A stretch of 64,000 nucleotides of DNA from an uncultured cyanobacterium. Its GTDB lineage: Bacteria > Cyanobacteriota > Cyanobacteriia > PCC-9006 > JAAUQQ01. Shown in pieces: positions 18,649-27,732 of the stretch; position 1 is the stretch's first letter, and every line of letters starts with the position of its first letter. The position numbers and the translations under genes were made by a program. The stretch is from positions 1,056,001 through 1,120,000 of the forward strand of contig OY970368.1 in assembly GCA_963718615.1 (NCBI GenBank), written 5' to 3'. Under the pieces are notes generated by a model, which ran no database searches, was not told the origin of the DNA, and saw only the letters and a list, made by a program, of their open reading frames with translations.

Positions 18649-19843
18649 TTGAGACAAACAATTTTTTTGATGGCACTGCTCTATTCGGTGCAGGCTTGCA
18701 GTAGCAATCCGGGGCTGGCGATGTTGCCGATCGCCGAGTTTCTCAAAGCAGATTTGGGATTGACTGCGGCCCAGGTGATGGGATTTCGGGCGATCGCCTT
18801 CCTCCCCTGGTTCCTCAAGCCGCTGTTTGGATTTGTCGCCGATAGCTTTCTATTTTGGGGATTCCGGTTTAAGGGGTATTTGGTGGCTTGCTATGCCGGG
18901 GCGATTTTTGTGTTTTTGGGTCTGAGTCGGGTGGGGGACTATTCCTATGGGGGTCTGTTAGGGGGGATTGTAGCGGTGTCGGGGGCGATCGCCTTCTCCG
19001 ATGTGGTTGCCGATAAGCTGATGATCACCCAGGGAAAGGCTACCGGAACGACGGCTCGGTTGCAGGGCGCACAGTGGGTGGGTCTGGGCCTGAGCGGTGC
19101 GGCGATCTTGCTTTTGGGGGGTTGGTTGGCGGATCGGGTATCGTTGTCGGTGGTGTTTGGCTTGAGTGCTATCGGGCCTGTCTTGGGAATTTGGGGCGTT
19201 TTGCAGTTGCTGAAAGAACCGCGTCAACAGGCGAGTGCGGTGCTGGGGGATGTGCGGACGACGATGCGCAGTCTCTGGAAAACGATCAGGCAGCGTCATT
19301 TCCTGCTGGTGATGCTTTTGATTGTATTGCTGGGTTTTTGTCCGATTCCGCCAACCTATTTTTATCAGCGGGATGCATTGCAGTTTAGCAATACGTTGAT
19401 TGGTCAACTCAATGCGGTAAGTTTGCTGGGAACAGGGCTGGGAGCGTTGCTGTTTGGGCGATTGTCAAGTTGGCTTTCCCGTGGCAATTTGGTTTATGGA
19501 GTGGTGGGTTTTAGTGCTATTGCAACTGTGAGTTTGGGCCTGATGCAGGGGGTGGGGAGCGCGATCGCCATTTCTCTCTTCACGGGGGCCAGCACCATTT
19601 GGGCGACGTTGCTGATGTTTGAACTGGTCATTAAAACCTGTCCAGAAGGGGGCGGAGGGAACGGTTTATGCGGTGGCTGTGGCGCTGTCGAATTTGGCGG
19701 CTTCGTTGGGTTTGGTGTTGGGGGCTTGGTTGTACGATGGGGGGCTGAGTTTTGCCAATTTGGCATTGCTGGCAGCAGGAGCAATGGTAGTTTGCTCGGG
19801 GGTAGGGCCGTCTTTGAAGAAAAGCTTGTCGAGATTGCCTTAA
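18649..19843 (+). pseudogene. BT1/folate-biopterin-type MFS transporter with a +1 G frameshift at 19648-19652 (real or assembly error)
   Basis: LPWFLKPLFGFVAD and AFSDVVAD motifs; removing one G from GAAGGGGGCG restores CPEGAEGTVYA...SNLA and the last two TM helices (ORF 19619-19843). Confidence 0.8.
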
Positions 19844-19853
19844 AATTCTGCTC

Positions 19854-20984
19854 ATGATTGACCATGATCGTCTCTTCAAAGAACTTCTGACCACCTTTTT
19901 CCTCGACTTTATCGAGCTGTTTTTTCCTGACATTCTCATGTACCTTGAGCCTGATAGCCTCGACTTTCTTGATAAAGAGCTCTTCACCGATGTCACAGCG
20001 GGAGAACGTTATGAGACCGATCTTCTGGTTCAAGCCCGGTTTAGGGAGCAACCCGCTTGCTTCCTGATCCATGTTGAAAACCAGGCTAACCCTCAGAATA
20101 ACTTCGGAAAACGTATGTTCCGCTACTTTGCACGCCTCTATGAAAAATATGATACTCCTATCTATCCCATCGTCATTTTCTCCTACGATAAACCACGTAA
20201 ACGTGCCCCTAAACAATTTCGTGTTGAATTTCCGGGATTCACGGTTAATACGTTTAACTACCGTGTGCTGCAACTCAACCAACTCAACTGGCGTGATTTT
20301 CTCGATCGCCCCAATCCGATCGCCAGCGCGCTTATGACTAAAATGCATATTGAGCCCCAAGACCGACCCAAGGTCAAAGCCCAATGTCTACGCCTCTTGG
20401 TGACACTCAGATTGGATCCAGCCAGAATGCACTTGATCTCTGGATTCATCGATACCTACCTACGCCTGAACAGCCGAGAGAAGCGCCAGTTTCAAGCAGA
20501 GCTTGGTAACATTGAACCAGAAGCACAGGAGGCAGCCATGCAAATTGTCACCAGTTGGATGGAAGAAGGCATCGAGCAGGGGCTTCAGCAGGGGCTTCAA
20601 CAGGGGCTTCAGCAGGGGCTTCAACGAGAGGCGGGTCTTGTTGTGAAATTTCTGGAGCGGCAGTTAGGGCCATTGCCTGAGGCGCTGAAACAGGAGGTTT
20701 ATCGGCTGGATGCAAAAGCGCTGGATGCCCTAGAGGATGCCTGTTTTGAGATGAAATCTAGTGCTGAGTTGGCAACCTGGCTGATGATATTTCCTTCGCC
20801 TCGACAGCGTCGTGTAGTGGTCGTTCGTTTATTGCAAGAGTTTTTGGGGGAGCCGCTTTCTGCTGAAAGCCAGGAGCAGCTAGGCGGTCTCAAAAAGAGG
20901 CAGTTACAACGGTTAGGTTCAGAATTTTTGACCTTTGGGTCTGTGGCAGATTTGGAGCGTTGGTTGGCGGCGCAGGCTGGCTAA
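19854..20984 (+). CDS. Rpn/YhgA-like PD-(D/E)XK nuclease with GLQQ repeats and tandem DUF4351-like C-terminal modules
   Basis: MIDHDRLFKELL, D-LLV...IHVENQ, RMFRYFARL, TSWMEEG(IEQGLQQ)n; 12-bp repeats at about 20575-20625. Confidence 0.85.
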   Translation: MIDHDRLFKELLTTFFLDFIELFFPDILMYLEPDSLDFLDKELFTDVTAGERYETDLLVQARFREQPACFLIHVENQANPQNNFGKRMFRYFARLYEKYDTPIYPIVIFSYDKPRKRAPKQFRVEFPGFTVNTFNYRVLQLNQLNWRDFLDRPNPIASALMTKMHIEPQDRPKVKAQCLRLLVTLRLDPARMHLISGFIDTYLRLNSREKRQFQAELGNIEPEAQEAAMQIVTSWMEEGIEQGLQQGLQQGLQQGLQREAGLVVKFLERQLGPLPEALKQEVYRLDAKALDALEDACFEMKSSAELATWLMIFPSPRQRRVVVVRLLQEFLGEPLSAESQEQLGGLKKRQLQRLGSEFLTFGSVADLERWLAAQAG

Positions 20985-22435
20985 GCTTTAGCTTTTTTTA
21001 GGGCTGAAAGGCGCAGTTTGCTCCCCACAGTTTCGAGAAAGACTCTCAGCATCAGTTGACCATTGGCATCTCTCCAGGGTTGCCAAATGAGGAACATTTT
21101 GAGGGCGGTCCAAAGCCCTAGAAAGGGATGGCCGTTGTGCCAGTGGGCGTTGGCGATCGCTCCCATAGCAAGCGCCTCGACCTGCCGGTAGCCAAATTCT
21201 CGACTAGTCTGCTGGGCTTCTTGGGCATAGTCTAAAGCCTCTTGATATCGATGTATTTTTCCTAAACATCCACTCAAGGCTACTTTTTCATGGGCAATAA
21301 TTCGCAAATCACCAACAGATTGTGCATAAGCAAGTGCCTGCTCAAGATAACTGAGTGCTGCTTCCGCCTGATCGAGATGAAAGCAGTACAGAATGCCGAT
21401 GCTATTAAAAATGCTTCCAAGAAATATTCGATTGTCAGAGTTTTGCGCCAGTTTCAAACTTTTCTCAAAACAAGTTAGTGCTTTTTTATGCTGACCCAAC
21501 ATCAGGTAACAAGACCCAAGATTGTGAAATATTTCTTCTAGTTGCTCACTGTTCTCAAGGTTTCTACTAATTTTCTCTTCTATTTTAAGATATTTTATAG
21601 CAAGCTGATATTTTCCCCATGTGGAGTAGAGATTACCTAACTCATTTAAAATATGGCTATTTAGGCTCGATGATCGATCGATCTTGCTGAGTATTAATGC
21701 TTGCTTTAGGTAGGTCTCAGCTTGTTTATATTTTAAATTGATAACGTCTAGTCTGGCAAGGCCACAAAGTGATTGAATCTGTAAATTGACGTTATGGATA
21801 CAACTAGCAGCTTGCAGTTGCGTCTGATAAAAATCATTGGAGATCCTGTAGCTTCCCTGAGTTCTATATGCATTAGCTAAGCACCCAAAAGCTCTGACAA
21901 TAAGAGACTGGTCTTGTAAGATATTTTCTTTTTTGAGGAGTTCTTTGCCATAGAAAATTGCCTGTTTAATCTCTCCAATCGCTCGGTAGGAAACCGCTAG
22001 ACCACACAAACAAATACCACTTACCTCTACGGAAAGCTTGTTCAGTAAACGACTGTAGAGGTCAATGGAGATTTGATAATAGCCCCAAAGAGATAATTGC
22101 TCATGAAGAAGTTGCTGTTGTGGGGCGACAGGGATCTGTAAAATTTGCCAAGCGACTTCCCAGGCTTCCACCTCGCAGCAATGGTGAAAGGCTTCTAAAT
22201 ATCCCCGCACTTGCTCAAGCCCCGTCGCATCTACCCTTGGGCGATAGTCCACCAACCAAGATTCAGCCGCAGCGTAATGAGCCAGTTGCCAATGAGAGAC
22301 TTGTTGAGATAGGGGATAGAGCTTTTCTAAGGCTAGGGCAATTGTTTCCGAGAGTTCTCCTGGAGAATTTAGATTTAGCTGACATATCTCCGCATCTAAA
22401 TCCGCAATAAGCACATTCTGACTTTGATCCTTCAT
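20981..22435 (-). CDS. TPR-repeat protein B
   Basis: Multiple TPR units (e.g. ILNELGNLYSTWGKYQLAIKYL, FHNLGSCYLMLGQHKKALTCFEKSL); N- and C-termini paralogous to the upstream gene. Confidence 0.85.
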   Translation of the reverse strand: MKDQSQNVLIADLDAEICQLNLNSPGELSETIALALEKLYPLSQQVSHWQLAHYAAAESWLVDYRPRVDATGLEQVRGYLEAFHHCCEVEAWEVAWQILQIPVAPQQQLLHEQLSLWGYYQISIDLYSRLLNKLSVEVSGICLCGLAVSYRAIGEIKQAIFYGKELLKKENILQDQSLIVRAFGCLANAYRTQGSYRISNDFYQTQLQAASCIHNVNLQIQSLCGLARLDVINLKYKQAETYLKQALILSKIDRSSSLNSHILNELGNLYSTWGKYQLAIKYLKIEEKISRNLENSEQLEEIFHNLGSCYLMLGQHKKALTCFEKSLKLAQNSDNRIFLGSIFNSIGILYCFHLDQAEAALSYLEQALAYAQSVGDLRIIAHEKVALSGCLGKIHRYQEALDYAQEAQQTSREFGYRQVEALAMGAIANAHWHNGHPFLGLWTALKMFLIWQPWRDANGQLMLRVFLETVGSKLRLSALKKAKA

Positions 22436-22456
22436 ATTTCAGCTCTTTTTGTTAAT

Positions 22457-23896
22457 TTATGTGCGTGATTTATAGAGGAAGGCAAAGATAGTTTCTAAAG
22501 TTTTCTTCAGCATAAAGCGGCCATCTGCACTGGCCCAAGGGGGCTGTATCCAAAATGCCATGAGGATTGTCAGGATGCCTTTAATATGATGTCCATAACA
22601 CCAGTAGGCATTGGCCAGACCTGCTGTAGCAAACGATTCCATCGGTCGGTGATTGATAGATCTAAAAATATGGATTGATTGTCTAAGGTTTGAAAATACC
22701 ATCTTTTGGTCTGGATGCCTGAGTCTTGCATAGCAATAAGATAGATTATTTAAGTCGCTGGCTTGACTTATAATATCACCCAGTTTTATCGATAATTGCA
22801 GCAAATCTTGAAAGAGAATGATAGCTTTTTTATACTGACCAGAGCGCGCATAAACAGAGGCTATATTTCCTCGATTTATATATTCTCCCAACAGATCGTT
22901 ACGACTTTTGCTAATCAAAAGTGCTGTTTCTAAATATCTTAATCCAGCTTGAAAATTGTCAGAGTTTACAAGATTTCCCCCTAGATTACTAATCGCTACC
23001 CATTCTTGATGAATGATCTTAGACTGCCGAGCAATTGCAAGTTGTTCTAGTAAATATTTTTCTGCTAGTTCGGTCTTACCTAAGCGCATATAGGAAGAGC
23101 CTAAAAGTCCTAAAATCTCCGTTTTTAGTCTTAAATTAGATAGCTGTAGACTATGATCATAACTTCTTTTGATCCAACTCAATGACTCTTTGAAGTGACC
23201 CCAATCTCCCATGAGACATGCAAGATCAAGCTCAGCTTTTGTAATTTGGTCTAAATTTTCTGACGCTGTAGCCAGCTCCAGCCGACGTAAAAATAGCTTC
23301 CTCGCTTGCTTGTAGTCAGCACCTTGATTTTTGCAATGTCCTAACCCGCTCAGTGTATCTCCATACAGATCAGCATATTTTTGAGATCTGATCAGCTCAT
23401 TATTCAGAATGTGATTATAGTGATTATCCGCCGTTTTAAAGTCACCAAATTTTCGTAAGCAGTCACCAATTTTGAGATGTAGCAAGAGCTGATAGTTAGT
23501 ACTCATATGTTCAAGCAGCTTCAGACCTATTTCTTTTAATTCATTAAAATACCCTTTGCTATAGAGGCGATCGCAAACACTCTGCCGCTCCTCCTCAAAC
23601 TGAATGGGCGTCATAAACAATTGCTCGGCTCTTGGCCAATCTTCCAGTTCAACTAAATGATGAATCGCCTCTAAATATCCCCGTACCTGCTCAAGTCCAG
23701 TCGCATCAGCCCTCGGGCGATAATCCAGCAACCAAGACTCCACCGCCGCATAGTGGGCCAACTGCCAATGGGATAATCGCTGCGGTTGGGCATAGAGGGT
23801 TTCTAGATCTAGACCTGCAACCGCCGAAAGACCACCCGGTTCGTCTAGATTTAAGTCAAAAGCAGTAGCAATTAAATCCTGTTCCAGCAGTTCCAT
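22457..23896 (-). CDS. TPR-repeat protein A
   Basis: TPR units (ILGLLGSSYMRLGKTELAEKYL, RGNIASVYARSGQYKKAIILF); ATG 23896 aligns with the start of paralog B. Confidence 0.85.
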   Translation of the reverse strand: MELLEQDLIATAFDLNLDEPGGLSAVAGLDLETLYAQPQRLSHWQLAHYAAVESWLLDYRPRADATGLEQVRGYLEAIHHLVELEDWPRAEQLFMTPIQFEEERQSVCDRLYSKGYFNELKEIGLKLLEHMSTNYQLLLHLKIGDCLRKFGDFKTADNHYNHILNNELIRSQKYADLYGDTLSGLGHCKNQGADYKQARKLFLRRLELATASENLDQITKAELDLACLMGDWGHFKESLSWIKRSYDHSLQLSNLRLKTEILGLLGSSYMRLGKTELAEKYLLEQLAIARQSKIIHQEWVAISNLGGNLVNSDNFQAGLRYLETALLISKSRNDLLGEYINRGNIASVYARSGQYKKAIILFQDLLQLSIKLGDIISQASDLNNLSYCYARLRHPDQKMVFSNLRQSIHIFRSINHRPMESFATAGLANAYWCYGHHIKGILTILMAFWIQPPWASADGRFMLKKTLETIFAFLYKSRT

Positions 23897-23963
23897 CACC
23901 CTCACCCTTTTCCCGATACCTGACCTTGCTGCCAAGCGGTTCACCCCCTGGCAAAACCTCAGT

Positions 23964-25430
23964 CTACTCCCGCGAAATCTCACTCTCTATTCGCTTCAAA
24001 TGCTCCCGCGCCACACTCCGCACCAAATTATGCAACTTCAAAACCCGACGGTCCAACGCAAAGGGTTCCTCCTGATATTCCACCAAATAGCGCTGCACCA
24101 GCAGTTCCAAAGCCTGGGCTGTTTGCCCCATTGACCATCCTAGCCGTTGCACCGACCGTGCCCAAAAACGCGGCGGCACCGGACGATTAAACACCGATCC
24201 ATGGCACAACAAAATGTAAGCACCTTGCCCATGACTCGCCAATCGCTTCAGCGTCAGTTCAATGCGATCCTTGACTCGCTGCCGTAAGGATTTGCTGTAG
24301 CGATGCAGCTTGTGCTCCCGCCCTGGTTGTTCGATGCCTTCCCGCTGGGCCGTTTTCTCAATTTCAATAATCTCTTTGCCATACTTCTCCCAATAGGCCA
24401 AGACATTGCCTGAAAATGGTTCCGCTAAAATCTCACAGGCAATAAGCTGAAGCGCCAGGGGATGACCTTCATAGGCCGTTCCAATCCGCTCTAAATGGGG
24501 TCGTCCTAGAGATTCAGGCTGAACACTAATGCCCCGTAGATGAAACAGTCGCAATTGTTGCAGACGGCTGAGGCCGGTGATGGTTTGGCAGTGGTAGCGA
24601 TCGCAGGAGGGGCGATCGCGAAAACAACCGGGCAGATCCTGAGAACTAATAATCAAACGCGGCGCAAAGGCCGGGACTTCCAAACAACGCTTGAAAAACG
24701 CCTCCCAGCCCGAGTCGATAAATTCATTCCAGCCTAGCGCTTCGTTTCCTCTCAGGCAATATTCAAAGGAGTGGAGTTGGATAATGACCGGGCGATCGAC
24801 CAATGCTGCCATGAATCGATTCAGCAGTTTTTCGGCCTCCTGAAGTTCCGAATTCGGAAAGTCTATTTGCCAAGATCGGAAACAATAGGTGACGAATTGG
24901 ACAAATTCTAATCCCTCATCGGGATCGATCCGCAAAATTAATCCTTCCGGCCATCCTGCTTCGCTCAATTGGTCACCCAGATAGAGGCTAATGGCAGTTT
25001 TACCAATGCCAGTGAGGCCCGTTAGTAAGAGCAAGCGGCAGTTGAGTTGGAGATCGGCGAGGAGGCGATCGGTCACCTCTCCCCTCTCGACCCAGTTTTC
25101 TTGGGCCTGCTGAAACTCGGCCTGCTGCTCTTGCAAGGCTTTGGAGCTGTCGATCTCAATCACCTCATGCCAATTGAGATTGAGCACTTCGCAGGTTGCT
25201 CGGACGAGCGTCTCAGAAACGGGCTTCATGGCCAAAAACCGTTGCCAAGTCGCAGGGGAAAAGGCATAGAGCAGATCCCCCTCGGCATTCACCTGGGGCC
25301 ATTGCAGGTGCGGCTCTAGGAGATTACTGATTTCTGTTAGGAGCACGGTGCTAGAACGGGTAAGTTCTCGGTTTTTTATGGCTTGGAGAATGAGGGCTTG
25401 GCCGGTTTTCGAGAGTTTTAATCGTCCCAT
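23964..25430 (-). CDS. STAND/NB-ARC ATPase with N-terminal XRE-like HTH and no C-terminal repeat domain
   Basis: N-terminal SPATWQRFL...CEVLNLNWHEVI; Walker A GLTGIGKT; Walker B-like IIQLHSFE; GxP motif GHPLAL; MHD-like LHNLVRSVA about 15 aa before the stop. Confidence 0.82.
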   Translation of the reverse strand: MGRLKLSKTGQALILQAIKNRELTRSSTVLLTEISNLLEPHLQWPQVNAEGDLLYAFSPATWQRFLAMKPVSETLVRATCEVLNLNWHEVIEIDSSKALQEQQAEFQQAQENWVERGEVTDRLLADLQLNCRLLLLTGLTGIGKTAISLYLGDQLSEAGWPEGLILRIDPDEGLEFVQFVTYCFRSWQIDFPNSELQEAEKLLNRFMAALVDRPVIIQLHSFEYCLRGNEALGWNEFIDSGWEAFFKRCLEVPAFAPRLIISSQDLPGCFRDRPSCDRYHCQTITGLSRLQQLRLFHLRGISVQPESLGRPHLERIGTAYEGHPLALQLIACEILAEPFSGNVLAYWEKYGKEIIEIEKTAQREGIEQPGREHKLHRYSKSLRQRVKDRIELTLKRLASHGQGAYILLCHGSVFNRPVPPRFWARSVQRLGWSMGQTAQALELLVQRYLVEYQEEPFALDRRVLKLHNLVRSVAREHLKRIESEISRE

Positions 25431-25869
25431 ATCACACAGATGGCAATCAAGTCAATCGTCATTTTTGAGTTTATGAACAGGGGGCGGGCTGGAGAAATTC
25501 CAAAATCTGAGATTGGCGGGTCTCAGGAGTTGTCCTGTAAATTAATTCGCATAAGGTTCAGAAGTTTTGTGAGATCTTCATCATAAGCAAAGAGTGAACA
25601 TTAATTTGCTTTTGAAGTCTTTCAAATCTCTGAATTTGGCTCAAGAGCTCCCCCTCTTGTGGTCTATTTTTCAGTAACTTAATTTTTTAATTGTTAGCCC
25701 CCAGCAATTAACTGACCTAATATAGCCTGCCAGGGCGTAAAAGCTCAGAGATTAGAGGTTAAAAACATCTCTCAAAGATTTGTACTTGAGTTTAACTTGC
25801 AAAGGACTTGATTCTTCTTCGATGGCTGCGATCATAATCTACAGTTTCTAACTAACACGATTTAAGTTC

Positions 25870-26160
25870 ATGAAGAACAAGAAGTTAGTGATGCTATCGA
25901 CGGCTTTTATTTGCTCAACACTTCTCAGTGTTGCTAAACCAGCCTCTGCTTGGTCTGGCTGGAAAAATGTGTATTTAGGTCGCGCAGCTATTGCTGACAA
26001 TAGCAATTATTGGAGGGCAAAAAGCAGACAACCTTTGCCTACTCCACCTTGGGATCGAAATGATTTGTGCAGATGGAAATATGGAAGAGGAGATGCTAAG
26101 GGTAGTCAAGTATTACTCTTGAGTTGGGATACAAATTTCTACTATAGTTATTGGAGTTGA
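25870..26160 (+). CDS. Small secreted Trp/Tyr-rich cationic protein
   Basis: Sec signal MKNKKLVMLSTAFICSTLLSVAKPASA; 69-aa mature part with 7 Trp and 6 Tyr. Confidence 0.7.
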   Translation: MKNKKLVMLSTAFICSTLLSVAKPASAWSGWKNVYLGRAAIADNSNYWRAKSRQPLPTPPWDRNDLCRWKYGRGDAKGSQVLLLSWDTNFYYSYWS

Positions 26161-26302
26161 TGTTAATCTGTGTTCTGATGATTTTCAACATTAATTTAAA
26201 GAAGTAAAAGTATTAGTACCTTCCAGCACAAAGCATAAGGTCTAGAAAAGAGCTCTCCCTATCTTATGATTCCTTTCTGCAAAAAAACTGTTTTTGACAT
26301 AA

Positions 26303-26707
26303 ATGCCACCTCATAGAAAAGATACATCTTCAGGTTTTACAGTTCTTGAGCTTCTTGTCACCTTAGTGATACTAGGGCTTTTGAGTGCTACCTCTATACC
26401 TTTCCTTGCAGGACAAATAGAAAAGGCCAGGAAGGTTGAAGCTATAAATTTCATGAAAAGCTACATGGATAGACAAAAATCCTTTTATTACGAAAACCGA
26501 ACTTTTGCTAGCAATTTGACAGAACTTTCTCTTCCTAGAGAAGGGAGATACTATTATTTCGGTTCGAAAAACTACTCATTTCCAGAAATTAAAGATAGCG
26601 TTTTTTCTTGCATCACAGTGGTTCCAAAATTAATGAATCATGACTCTCTTGGTGGCTGTGTATCAAGTCGAGAACAACTTTATTATAAAACTCGAAGCAC
26701 TGTTTAG
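26303..26707 (+). CDS. Type IV pilin-like protein (cyanobacterial pilin G/H type)
   Basis: Prepilin site G|FTVLELLVTLVILGLL (E5 present); ARKVEA...RQKSFYYENRTFA. Confidence 0.85.
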   Translation: MPPHRKDTSSGFTVLELLVTLVILGLLSATSIPFLAGQIEKARKVEAINFMKSYMDRQKSFYYENRTFASNLTELSLPREGRYYYFGSKNYSFPEIKDSVFSCITVVPKLMNHDSLGGCVSSREQLYYKTRSTV

Positions 26708-26844
26708 CTATGCATTAATTAGAAAATCTGAGGTAAACTCATTTTCTTGAATATGATACTTTACAGTTAGGCTACTAGAGTTCAGTAAATTCATTTTTGT
26801 GAACTCAGGTGAATTTATCACTCTTTCTTATCTTCTTTTAACTA

Positions 26845-26926
26845 TAGGATCTCTTGCATGGATAATTTCTTAGAGGCTGAAACCCTATTGAATCTGTTGA
26901 ATTTCATGATTTATCCAAGAGATCTA
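26845..26926 (+). mobile_element. MITE-like element, copy A
   Basis: Termini TAGGATCTCTTGCA...TCCAAGAGATCTA; roughly 80% identical by eye to the reverse complement of 27551-27631. Confidence 0.75.
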
Positions 26927-26965
26927 TCGAATCTGTTCGTCAACCAAGTTAAGAATACTACTTTT

Positions 26966-27520
26966 ATGAAGATCAAATCATCTCTTTTTCTGCTTTTAGC
27001 TCTTACTCCTGTACTGTTCAAGATCCAGCCGTCATCTGCGCAATCTCAGCGTTCTTCTAATACAGCATCATTAGCAGAGATGTCATGCAAAAATATCGGT
27101 GGTAAATTTAGAGTTAAAAATGAAGATATTGTGATAGGGCGTCGTGTTTATACAGGAATCTTGGAGGTAAGCGACTCCGGAGATCCATATACATGGAATC
27201 AGGCAATTGCGATTACTTGCGCTCTAGCCTCTAATGGTTCTCAGCCCAGATTTAGAACTCTTAACTTAGCCTTCGGCATTGCAGATGACCATCCCTATTC
27301 CGTAGGAAAGACAGAAATTAGAATGAAGTTATTTCGAGATGGAGGTTTTTATGAGTCCGTCAATATTAGGCAAGGAGATTCAATCAGGGCTGCCATTAAT
27401 GTAGAAAACATAAGAAGCTTTTCCTTTGAACTAGAGTGTCTTAATGGACGCCCAGCACTAGGAGGGGGTGAAGGGTACTGCCCACCAGTATGGTTTACAG
27501 AAGATCTGCTGACAGAGTAA
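26966..27520 (+). CDS. Secreted protein with NPCBM/NEW2-like beta-sandwich
   Basis: Signal peptide MKIKSSLFLLLALTPVLFKIQPSSA; FRTLNLAFGIADD...LFRDG...INVENIRSFSFE pattern; the track start at 26858 lies inside the MITE. Confidence 0.65.
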   Translation: MKIKSSLFLLLALTPVLFKIQPSSAQSQRSSNTASLAEMSCKNIGGKFRVKNEDIVIGRRVYTGILEVSDSGDPYTWNQAIAITCALASNGSQPRFRTLNLAFGIADDHPYSVGKTEIRMKLFRDGGFYESVNIRQGDSIRAAINVENIRSFSFELECLNGRPALGGGEGYCPPVWFTEDLLTE

Positions 27521-27550
27521 AACTTGGTAATTCCACTAGATTTAGTGCAT

Positions 27551-27631
27551 TAGATCTCTTGCATAAATCATGAAAATCAACGGATTTTACAGGGCTTCAT
27601 CCTTCAAAAAGGTATCCGTGCAAGAGATCTA
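27551..27631 (-). mobile_element. MITE-like element, copy B
   Basis: Perfect 13-bp TIR TAGATCTCTTGCA/TGCAAGAGATCTA enclosing 55 bp. Confidence 0.8.
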
Positions 27632-27732
27632 TTTATTCAACGTGAAGTCACACAGAATAAGCATGTCGAACTCTTGTTATATCTCTCTTTCTACAAGAGC
27701 TTTATGCTGAAAATTTTCTAACCTTGAAAGAT

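Noticed and set aside
20981-23896. Diversity-generating retroelement acting on the TPR genes
   Set aside because: No reverse transcriptase; differences between the similar segments are mostly synonymous and not adenine-specific
23897-23983. Longer overlapping start for TPR A, or a programmed frameshift fusing ATPase and TPR
   Set aside because: The extension is not protein-like, paralog B aligns from ATG 23896, and I see no convincing slippery site; fusion is not fully excluded without reads
26858-26965. N-terminal extension of the NPCBM-like protein
   Set aside because: The start codon lies inside MITE copy A; the signal peptide begins at 26966
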